NCBI GenBank assembly: GCA_003971905.1
Contig: RSEE01000036.1
Location: 620,001-644,416 of the forward strand
Length of the DNA stretch: 24,416 nucleotides
Direction of reading: 5' to 3'
DNA from: Moniliella sp. 'wahieum'
Taxonomy: Eukaryota
Shown here: in pieces, positions 1-9,600 of the stretch
Position numbering within the stretch: the first letter of the stretch is position 1
How the letters are laid out: every line of letters starts with the position of its first letter
Position numbers and translations under genes: made by a program
Notes under the pieces: generated by a model
Told to the model about the DNA's origin: nothing
Seen by the model: only the letters and a program-made list of their open reading frames with translations
Databases searched by the model: none

Positions 1-300
1 AGTGGTGCCCACTCGAGACTCTCGTCGCCCCTCCCTCCTCTCTCTGGCAACAACCGGAACGAGCCTCGCCTCTTCCTCCCGCTCTTCCGCCCCCTCTCCC
101 TCGCTGGTGTGTCTGGGCCTCTGACGCAGTAGACCAGGACCCTCCTTCACTGGGCCCCTCCCATTCCGGCCGCGTCGCTCCGCCGCCAAACGCAGACGCC
201 GCTCCTCCCAACTTTCCGGCGGTTTACGTCACGCCGCGTCTTCGGAGAGCCTTCATTCGTCCCCGACGAAAAGCATCAGCCGCTCGCTTGGCGCCGGACC

Positions 301-2154
301 CCCCCCATCTCGCCCCCTCGTACCTCGGCTGCAGGGTTGTCAGCTTCAATCGGATCAGCCCAGACGTCCCACTCGGCTAGGAGACGCAACGTCTTTGTTG
401 ATCGCTTCATCCCCACTCGCCACGGTGACGACTTGCACGACGCTTACCATCTCTTGGACGACCATCCCGCGTCTCCTACCTACGGAAAAAAGGTCTGCCC
501 CGTTGATACGGATGCGCAAAAGGGTGTGTACCACTTTCCTTCTGGTTTGGGCTAGATACTGACAGAGCTGCGACAGCGGAAGCCTCCCAAGCTTTCTCTT
601 CGGTTCTCGGGACCGAGCTCTTTGGAGATACCGCCTCGGGTGCTGCGGCACGAGCTTACGTGCTCAATGGCAGGACCAACAGCACCAGCCTTGACCCTAC
701 TGATCGGCCTACCTCCCCTGGGCCATCAAACTCCAGTGGCGCTCCCTCTGTGCCTGCCCGTTCCCCCCGCACACCCGGGAAACGAAACCTGCTGGTTTAT
801 TCCCCTTCGGGCAAAGCCAGCCGCTCCTTCCAAGCGCCAGGGCTAGGCTCAACACCCACCTCAGGCGAGGGCCTGTTTGGTTTGGGCGACGCGTCCAGAG
901 AAGACACCAGCTTCTCCATCGACTCACCTCTGCATCAATCCTATTCGACCTCGCCTGTCAAGGTCGAGTCGCAACGCCTGCTTCTCGGTCCCAGGAGGGC
1001 ACCGAGGGTGCTGCCCAAGGTGCCCTTCAAAGTTCTCGATGCACCGTATTTGGCTGATGACTTCTACCTCAACCTGGTAGATTGGTCGAGTCAAAATACA
1101 CTCGGTGTTGGCTTGGGTTCGTGTGTCTATCTCTGGTCAGCCAAGAACAGCGCCATCACAGCGCTTTGTGATCTCAAGAACCAGCAAGATAAAGTTACCT
1201 CACTTTCTTGGACTGGACGTGGGTCCCACATTGCCGTTGGGACAGATCGGGGGCAAGTCCAGATTTGGGATACGGACCATTGCCGCCTAGTTCGTACCAT
1301 GTCCGGCCACACTTCGCGCGTTGGCGCCTTGGCCTGGAACGAGCACGTTGTCACATCTGGCTCGCGGGATCAGAGTATCATACACTGGGACGTCCGTGTC
1401 CCCGATCCCGCCATCCAAACATTGACCGCCCATCGACAAGAAGTGTGTGGCCTGCGCTGGAACACGGAGCTGAACCAACTCGTCTCGGGCGGCAACGATA
1501 ATCGGGTGTACGTCTGGGACGGCATGCGCGCCGACCCGCTGTGGAGGTTCAATGAGCATCGTGCGGCTGTCAAGGCGGTGGCTTGGTCGCCCCATCAGGC
1601 TGGCTTGCTCGCTTCCGGGGGCGGTGGTACAGCGATAAACGACTGTGCTTTTGGAACACGTTGACGGGGGAACGGGTTGGGTCGGTACATACGGGCTCGC
1701 AGGTGTGCAACGTGGCGTGGAGCAAGACGGCCAACGAGGTGGTGTCGACGCATGGCTTTTCCGGCGGGCGGTGCAAAACCAGATCATGGTGTGGAGGTAC
1801 ACCAACCCGCACTCGCACAACCCCATTGGCATCCATGCCTCCGCCAGCCAGGCATGGGGCGGGATGAACGCCGCGGCCAGCACCTCCTCGCTCTTGTCCC
1901 ACTCCTCTCCCTCGGCCGACGTGCTCGGTGGCGACGACGCAGATGCGGGCGGGATGGTGCTGCAGCCGATGGCTACGTTGACCGGCCACACCATGCGCGT
2001 TCTCTATCTCGCCATGTCCCCGGATGGCGATACGATTGTGACCGGCGCAGGGGACGAGACGCTGCGGTTCTGGGACCTCAACGCGCCGTCGCGCCGAGCA
2101 ATCGAGAAGCGGGCGCAGAGCACAACGCTCAACCCTTTTGCGCGCCTGCGGTAG
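301..2154 (+). CDS. CDH1: APC/C co-activator Cdh1/Fzr1/Srw1-family WD40 protein; 5' end not resolved (start probably upstream of 301 or outside the window); intron 524-576; apparent frameshifts near 1633 and 1768
   Basis: C-box DRFIPTR at 400-420. After the intron: EASQAFSSVLGTELFG, then PKVPFKVLDAPYLADDFYLNLVDWS, WD40 repeats (GHTSRVGALAWN, AHRQEVCGLRW, EHRAAVKAVAWSPHQAGLLASGGG, TGSQVCNVAWSK, NEVVSTHGFS, GHTMRVLYLAMSPDGDTIVTGAGDETLRFW), ending FARLR-stop at 2154. FKVLDAP and RVLYL favour Cdh1 over Cdc20. The conserved sequence hops between ORFs 660-1664, 1583-1867 and 1645-2154. Confidence 0.93.
524..576 (+). other. Spliceosomal intron in the CDH1-like gene (53 nt)
   Basis: Donor G|GTGTGT at 524, branch-like TACTGAC near 558-563, acceptor CAG ending at 576. 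Splicing joins ...DAQK-A-EASQAFSSVL in the frame of ORF 660-1664. Confidence 0.8.
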
Positions 2155-3128
2155 AGCAAGTCAGGCGAGGAGGGGCACTGCTGGGGTAGGGGGTATGGAT
2201 TGTGGCCAGGCACGCGGGTGCCTAGTGTGGGTGTGTACGCTGTGGAAGGGGCGGGAATGCTGCGCCTGCTGCGCCTCGACTCTGCCGAGAATCCATTGTA
2301 CAGTGTAGCAACTCAGAAATCGTCCGTCCGGGACAGCCATCGCATGATCATCAAGGCGGCCTGACGCCTGAGACGGGACAGGCGGAGCCAACGGCGACGC
2401 GTGCTGGCCTCGCGCGTGCCCACCACCACGACTGCTGCTCATCCTCCAACCCTCCAGCCACAGCTGGGTGGCTCTGGGACGAAAGGAGGCCGACTTGAGG
2501 CATGGTAGACGAGTGTTTATGTTAGCACAACGATAGTGTTCTCCCCATCGGCCGTAGGGGGAGCAGTCTGCGTCCAGGCAGAACAAGTGACGGTACGCGC
2601 GCTGGACGCTGGCAATTGCGTGCGCCCGCGGCTGCTGAAAGGACTTGGAGAAGTTGGCCTCTCCTCCGCCTTATAGAACGCGGGGGGGTTCGAACAGGGC
2701 GCCGTCTCGAACGGCTGGGAAGGCAGTACTCGTGGTGTTGCTACTTAGTACTTAACACTTGTTGGCCTACTTTCCTCGCCACCCTTCTCCCCTTCCTCTC
2801 TGTTTCGCTCGACGCGATGCTTGAATCAATATTCAATGCTCGCTGGGTCGTTCCAGCGATTATAATCGTGGACACATCCCGCAGGGGAGCAGTGTGTACC
2901 CTGCCGGCGACCGGAGATGGAAGTGTGAAGCCGGCGGGGAAACTGGATGCCTGTGGATGGAATGTCGCACACTGCCCCCGTCCCCCGTCCCCCGCCCCCC
3001 CCGGGCTGGTCTGTGCGCCTCGGCGAGGCGCGGCGTACAAAAGCGCGACCACAGCCGATCCCCTGCACGGACATCTCACCACCTTCGCCGCCGCCCGCCC
3101 TTCGTCCGTACTCGCACCACCGCCCCTA

Positions 3129-3441
3129 ATGTCCCAAAAGTCGTACTCGGACAACCGTGGGCAGTCCTACACCTACACTGGCTCCGGCACCAACAGCCAG
3201 GGCAACCACTATTGCTCGCGCGACTACGGCGCAGGCACGGCCAACAGCTACCACTACTCGAACTGTGTGTCGATTCATTCTCGTCTCTTCCCTTGCTTCT
3301 CAGCGTGCTAACCCAGCAGCAGCCAACGGAAGTTACTATTACGCCAACTCGGACGGAAGTACCTACTACAACAATGGATCGGGGCAGTCCACCTACACCT
3401 CGTCCAACGGGTACTCGGTTAGCAAGTCAGACAGCAAGTGA
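3129..3441 (+). CDS. Small (~84 aa) Tyr/Ser/Asn/Gly-rich uncharacterised fungal protein; exons 3129-3264 and 3323-3441
   Basis: ATG at 3129 gives MSQKSYSDNRGQSYTYTGSGTNSQGNHYCSRDYGAGTANSYHYSN. Intron 3265-3322 has a GTGTGT donor, GCTAAC branch point and CAG acceptor. Exon 2 continues SNGSYYYANSDGSTYYNNGSGQSTYTSSNGYSVSKSDSK-stop. Composition and YxY/NxG motifs run on across the splice. It resembles a family of small fungal hypothetical proteins (recognition from memory, not a search). Confidence 0.82.
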
Positions 3442-4189
3442 GAAGCGCTGTTGCGACTGGGGCCCAAGGCCCCATCCCTAAATCCTCTCCTTCTGGCGCC
3501 GTTTGCCTACCAGCAAGGGTCGTACGAAACCGGCTATGAATAGCGCTCCTAGACAAAACGCGTTGGGTGTGTTTTGATTTGTAGCACATGTGCTGATGAT
3601 CGGGCAGACACCTTCGTATCGTGGTAGAGATGACCTGCTGGTGGCGGTCAATGTTAGTAGGATACCTCCTCGAAAAGGAGGAGAAATAACAGGACCGCAA
3701 CCACGAGGGTTTCTGGCGTTCGGTTAAAGCCGATGCGATGAAAGGCTTTCTGCCTAAACTGTCGAGCCTTAGTTCATCATCTTTTCATCTACTCATAACT
3801 GACACTGTGAAGATCTTCGCGACGACACTTTGCAATATGTCTTTCGATGAAAGGTTTGAAGTCCTGAAGGGCCTGAGTCGAGGGAGATGCAATCACACTA
3901 GCGGTGGTGGTGATATAAGCAAACCAGCAACGCCTACAGAGGAACATCAAGCAGCCAATCGCCACCAGGGGGGGCTAGGCTGCGGAACAAGGAAAACAGA
4001 AGCGAGAAAACAACTGAACTTCTAAGCCTGCCACGGAGGGACTGAAAGGGCGTTGGCCAAAACACACGAGCCACCCGCGGTGGCTCAACACTTTTCCCCG
4101 GGCCAAAGGACCAAAAGAAATCCGGAGGCCAAAATACGGTAAGAAAGAACCATCAGTCGAGAAGAACTGGGAGCTAAATCGAATCGCAA

Positions 4190-4689
4190 AGAAGTAGAAA
4201 GGAGTTTGGGTATAGCCCAACAGGTTTGGTGAGCTACAACCAGGGAGATCATGATGAAGAGAGCTGGTGAATCACAAGCTTGTCGCGATATGGATGCGTT
4301 CTCGAACCTCCTACGTGATACCACACTCGGGATAAGGGCGACTCCAGCGGAAGGGCAAGCAGGCCGTGCTGGTGGGCAAAAACACGATCCATATGAAGAC
4401 GCTGTTGGAACCAGACTCAACCAGGGCAAAAGAAGGGAGATCGGAGCTGGGGACGGGGACGCGGACGAAGAACCACAGGGCGCAAATGAACAAGGACTGC
4501 GAAAGATCCTGAAGAAGGCCGCCTGTATGGGGCCGATGGCTGCCTCAGACAGAACCAGCCGTGGAAGATTTGGCCTGGCGAGCCGGGGGCGGACCGTCAA
4601 GCGGGCAGTGTGTTTTGGGCAATGCGGTGGTCACGGGTGCCGCAAAAGTAGCAGGATCCTTTCACGCTCTATGCTCCCGATGCCGCGCT
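4190..4689 (-). pseudogene. Degenerate Ty3/gypsy gag zinc-knuckle and aspartic protease relic (older element; left boundary approximate)
   Basis: Minus strand 4653-4605 reads CYFCGTRDHRIAQ-[7 extra nt]-CP, a disrupted CX2CX4HX4C. 4430-4392 reads FALVESGSNSVFI (protease ALVDSG motif with D->E), followed after a frameshift by MDRVFAHQHGLLALPLESPL. Multiple stops and frameshifts. Confidence 0.7.
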
Positions 4690-4870
4690 TGTCACAGTCG
4701 GGGCTAAGGCGAGGGAGACCAGGATCGGACTAGGCCAAGGGGTGTAGCAATCGTTCGTGGGGAAGAAGCAAGAACAGAGGACATGGTGCGAAGTGGAAGG
4801 AACAGGGAAGGAGCGAGACGCTCGAGACGAAGGAATTGGAAATGGGAGCGAGATCAGCCAAACTATGACA
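4690..4870 (-). mobile_element. 3' LTR (181 bp) of the chromovirus
   Basis: Termini are TGTCATAGT (minus strand, from 4870) and TGTCACAGT (plus strand, from 4690), an 8/9 inverted repeat with TG...CA ends. The LTR follows the polypurine tract directly. Confidence 0.78.
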
Positions 4871-4883
4871 TTGCCCCCTTTCA
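4871..4883 (-). other. Polypurine tract (PPT) of the chromovirus
   Basis: Minus strand TGAAAGGGGGCAA, overlapping the pol stop codon and immediately followed by the LTR start TGTCA. Confidence 0.8.
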
Positions 4884-5874
4884 GACCTCATCTCCCGGGC
4901 GGCGACGAAGGCGAGAGAGGGCGAGTCGGCGGGCATGGGAGACAGGCTTATCGGGGTAGAGGGCGTGGAAACGAACCACTGGCTCGGCGTCATGAGACAT
5001 GTCCGCAGCGGGTACCCACTCCCTCTCGTGGACAGGATAGCCCCGGAAGTGAACAAAGTACTCAATGCGGCCTCCACGACCCTTGCGGCGAGAGTCGAGG
5101 ACATGCTCGACCTCGTGATGAACCGCACCATCATCAGCAAACTCGGGGAGAGGAGGCGGGGGCTCGATCAAGCGGGCAGGGACCACGTCACCAGGGGTGT
5201 AGGCTCGCAAGCGGGACACATGGAACACGTCATGGAGGTGTAGGTAGTCGGGGAGGCGGACCTGGTACGCGGCGCGGCCCACGGCGCGGACAATGGGAAA
5301 GGGGCCGAGGTAGCGATAGTCCAGGCCGTCAGAAGGCCTGGCTGGACACATACCCGTCCCGACGGACCAAAACAGGCTGGCCAGCAGTGAAGGAAGCCGC
5401 CTCGGTGCGCTGCTGATCGGCATAATGCTTGTAGCGTTCTTGGGCCGCGGCGAGCGTGCGGCGGGCCACCGCCTGGGCCGAACGCAAATCCTCCAGATAT
5501 GACGCAGCATCGGGCACGGGCGAAGTGGAGGGCTCCAACTCCCCCGGGGGAGTAACCATAGGTGAGGACAAAGGGGGACTGGTGGGTGCTCGAGTGGGAG
5601 GACGAGTTGTAGGCGAATTCGGCCGTGGGGAGGAGATCGAACCAGTTGGACTGCTGCTCGTCGAGGTAGCAGCGGAGGTACTGTTCGAGGATCTGGTTGA
5701 GTCGCTCAGTCTGGCCGTCCGTCTGGGGGTGGTACGCGGTGCTGAGGCTCGACTTGATGCCCAAGTCGGCACACAAGGCTTGCCAGAAGTGGCTTGTGAA
5801 GGTCGGTCCCCGATCACTCACCAGATCCCGGGGAACGCCATGGTAGCGAAAGACCTGGTGTACAAACTGGCGCG
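4881..5874 (-). mobile_element. Ty3/gypsy chromovirus pol 3' fragment: integrase core, GPF/Y module and chromodomain; truncated at 5874; two frameshifts (~5545 and ~5340)
   Basis: FRYHGVPRDLVSDRGPTFTSHFW, STAYHPQTDGQTERLNQILEQYLR and AEFAYNSS...SPF (rve core); YLGPFPIV...YQVRLP...HDVFHVSRLRAY (GPF/Y module); HEVEHVLDSRR...YFVHFRGYPVHEREWVP (chromodomain). Pieces lie in ORFs 5168-5887, 5329-5817 and 4881-5510. Confidence 0.95.
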
Positions 5875-6643
5875 TGTTACGGGCCATGTCGGATCCGACC
5901 AGATCTGACCTTCAAGCCGAGGCCCGTCTGCTCTATCTGATCAAAGAGCTCGCTCCCAAGTCTTTTTCCAAGTCCACCATGCGGCTGGCGCAAATGCCAG
6001 CCGACGTCCAAGTCTACGTACTCAGCGACAATAGTCGCTTCCGCCTCAGTTGATTGAGGACCCCAGTTTCGTCGCTCCCAGCTTTCCGTTGCTCCCCGTT
6101 TTCCCTTGCGACCTCGCGACGCTAGTCGCCCCGTGCTTGTTGATCCTCTTCGCCTCCTGCCCACTTCTCGCCAATCGATTCAGTACAGGCAACTCCTCCC
6201 GCTCTTAGTCGCCTTTCTACTCCCGGCTTAGATCGCAAGCCCTCGTCCTCAGTCCTCAGTACTCCTAGTTCCCCCAGCCCGCGTGAGCCTTCCTCGTGCC
6301 ACGCTCGGTCCAGCCCAGTTAAGCCGCGTGTGATCTGGTTCTTCGCCACGCCGCTCCCTCAGTCCAACCCCAGTTCAGCAGCGTTGGTCCTCCGCTGCCT
6401 TCCACCTTCCCCGAATCACGAGGCTTCAGACACGCTACTGCCGCCCAAGCCGGTGTTAAGCAGCCTTGCCACACTTGCAGCGCCTCTGCTATACGCCGAG
6501 AGGCCTCTCCTTGTCCCTAGCTCCGCAGCGGACACACCAATCAGCTCAAGCGCGTAACTACCGTGAGTCGTCCTTCCGTTTAATAAGGGATTGTACCCCA
6601 ATACTTGGGTGAGCCTCCTAGCGGGGCCCGCCCGTGACTTACA
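5875..6643. mobile_element. Second LTR-like sequence (~765 bp) interrupting the integrase; right end at 6638/6639 or 6643; orientation unresolved
   Basis: Integrase homology stops abruptly at TGTTACGGGC (5875). The far end reads GCCCGTGAC-TTACA (6630-6643): GCCCGTGACT is an 8/10 inverted match to the left end, and TTACA offers an alternative CA terminus. AATAA lies ~55 nt before the right end on the plus strand. No partner LTR or second target-site duplication is visible in the window. Confidence 0.6.
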
Positions 6644-9600
6644 AGGGCATGCCCCCCCCCATTCAGGGTTGAGACAACTTTTGACTGGCAGACCGGGGGA
6701 GTGAGTTTTTTTGAATAGCCCCAGGCCGTAGCTTTCCAACGATCCCACTCTCACTCCGATCTGACGCCTGGTCTTGCGTCGCGTGGGCACCCTAGCGTAG
6801 CCCTACCGATAGTACCCAGGGTGGATGTGACCATGCCAACTTGGGGTCTCATCCGTTCCAGCCCCCACTTCCCACAGCAGTAGTCCCAGTCCAGGAGATG
6901 ACCTGGGGCTATTCAGATCCAGGATCACCTTGTAGAATCTAGTACCTGTCATAGGAGGGACGTGGGTGACAGGCATCACCGGTCACCGTACATCGTTGAG
7001 TGAACATCACCCTTCAACCCCGACGGTGACTGAATCGAAGTACCTTGGTGTGTAGAGCTGGGTCAGGAGAAGCGATAGCACCGGTCCGGATCTCGATCCG
7101 ACCAATACTGACCGAGTACCATCCGTGGAAAGTCTGACCGGTGACATCACCCTCTACTCGACCTGCAGGGCTCAAACCTCGACCTATTCCAGATCTGTTT
7201 CGTGCAGCCTCTAGTCCTGACCGAGGTCTAGAGGCTCTGGTAGTTTCATTCCGGTCGGACCAATATTGACGGACCGAGGTGGAGTTGAACCTGGGGTACG
7301 ACCTGATACTTACAAGGGCATGCCCACCCCACCCATTCAGGGTTGAGACAACTTTTGACTGGCAGACCGGGGGAGTGAGTTTTTTGAATAGCCCCAGGCC
7401 GTAGCTTTCCAACGATCCCACTCTCACTCCGATCTGACGCCTGGTCTTGCGTCGCGTGGCACCCTAGCGTAGCCCTACCGATAGTACCCAGGGTGGATGT
7501 GACCATGCCAACTTGGGGTCTCATCCGTTCCAGCCCCCACTTCCCACAGCAGTAGTCCAGTCCAGGAGATGACCTGGGGCTATTCAGATCCAGGATCACC
7601 TTGTAGAATCTAGTACCTGTCATAGGAGGGACGTGGGTGACAGGCATCACCGGTCACCGTACATCGTTGAGTGAACATCACCCTTCAACCCCGACCCCTG
7701 GACTGAATCGAAGTACCTTGGTGTGTAGAGCTGGGTCAGGAGAAGCGATAGCACCGGTCCGGATCTCGATCCGACCAATACTGACCGAGTACCATCCGTG
7801 GAAAGTCTGACCGGTGACATCACCCTCTACTCGACCTGCAGGGCTCAAACCTCGACCTATTCCAGATCTGTTTCGTGCAGCCTCTAGTCCTGACCGAGGT
7901 CTAGAGGCTCTGGTAGTTTCATTCCGGTCGGACCAATATTGACGGACCGAGGTGGAGTTGAACCTGGGGTACGACTGATACTTACAAGGGCATGCCCACC
8001 CCACCCATTCAGGGTTGAGACAACTTTTGACTGGCAGACCGGGGGAGTGAGTTTTTTTGAATAGCCCCAGGCCGTAGCTTTCCAACGATCCCACTCTCAC
8101 TCTCACGATCTGACGCCTGGTCTTGCGTCGCGTGGGCACCCTAGCGTAGCCCTACCGATAGTACCCAGGGTGGATGTGACCATGCCAACTTGGGTCTCAT
8201 CCGTTCCAGCCCCCACTTCCCACAGCAGTAGTCCCAGTCCAGGAGATGACCTGGGGCTATTCAGATCCAGGATCACCTTGTAGAATCTAGTACCTGTCAT
8301 AGGAGGGACGTGGGTGACAGGCATCACCGGTCACCGTACATCGTTGAGTGAACATCACCCTTCAACCCCGACCCCTGGACTGAATCGAAGTACCTTGGTG
8401 TGTAGAGCTGGGTCAGGAGAAGCGATAGCACCGGTCCGGATCTCGATCCGACCAATACTGACCGAGTACCATCGTGGAAAGTCTGACCGGTGACATCACC
8501 CTCTACTCGACCTGCAGGGCTCAAACCTCGACCTATTCCAGATCTGTTTCGTGCAGCCTCTAGTCCTGACCGAGGTCTAGAGGCTCTGGTAGTTTCATTC
8601 CGGTCGGACCAATATTGACGGACCGAGGGGAGTTGAACCTGGGGTACGACCTTACTTACAGGGCATGCCCACCCACCCATTCAGGGTTGAGACAACTTTG
8701 ACTGGCAGACCGGGGGAGTGAGTTTTTTGAATAGCCCCAGGCCGTAGCTTTCCAACGATCCCACTCTCACTCCGATCTGACGCCTGTCTTGCGTCGCGTG
8801 GGCACCCTAGCGTAGCCCTACCGATAGTACCCAGGGTGGATGTGACCATGCCAACTTGGGGTCTCATCCGTTCCAGCCCCCACTTCCCACAGCAGTAGTC
8901 CCAGTCCAGGAGATGACCTGGGGCTATTCAATCCAGGATCACCTTGTAGAATCTAGTACCTGTCATAGGAGGGACGTGGGTGACAGGCATCACCGGTCAC
9001 CGTACATCGTTGAGTGAACATCACCCTTCAACCCCGACCCCTGGACTGAATCGAAGTACCTTGGTGTGTAGAGCTGGGTCAGGAGAAGCGATGCACCGGT
9101 CCGGATCTCGATCCGACCAATACTGACCGAGTACCATCCGTGGAAAGTCTGACCGGTGACATCACCCTCTACTCGACCTGCAGGGCTCAACCTCGACCTA
9201 TTCCAGATCTGTTTCGTGCAGCCTCTAGTCCTGACCGAGGTCTAGAGGCTCTGGTAGTTTCATTCCGGTCGGACCAATATTGACGGACCGAGGTGGAGTT
9301 GAACCTGGGTACGACCTGATACTTACAAGGGCATGCCCACCCCACCCATTCAGGGTTGAGACAACTTTTGACTGGCAGACCGGGGGAGTGAGTTTTTTTG
9401 AATAGCCCCAGGCCGTAGCTTTCCAACGATCCCACTCTCACTCCGATCTGACGCCTGGTCTTGCGTCGCGTGGGCACCCTAGCGTAGCCCTACCGATAGT
9501 ACCCAGGGTGGATGTGACCATGCCAACTTGGGGTCTCATCCGTTCCAGCCCCCACTTCCCACAGCAGTAGTCCCAGTCCAGGAGATGACCTGGGGCTATT

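Noticed and set aside
107..132. Possible extra intron in the 5' part of CDH1 (GTGTGT...CTGAC..CAG/TAG)
   Set aside because: It would be only ~23-26 nt long, too short to call without transcript data. The 5' gene structure is left unresolved.
2161..3128. ORFs of 60-231 aa on both strands between the two host genes
   Set aside because: GC-rich shadow ORFs without motifs. Only the 3' part of ORF 2616-3311 (from ATG 3129) looks like real coding sequence.
4251..5908. Plus-strand ORFs 4251-4733, 4757-5416, 4935-5243 and 5456-5908
   Set aside because: They are antisense to the retroelement coding sequence or LTR and carry no independent protein signal.
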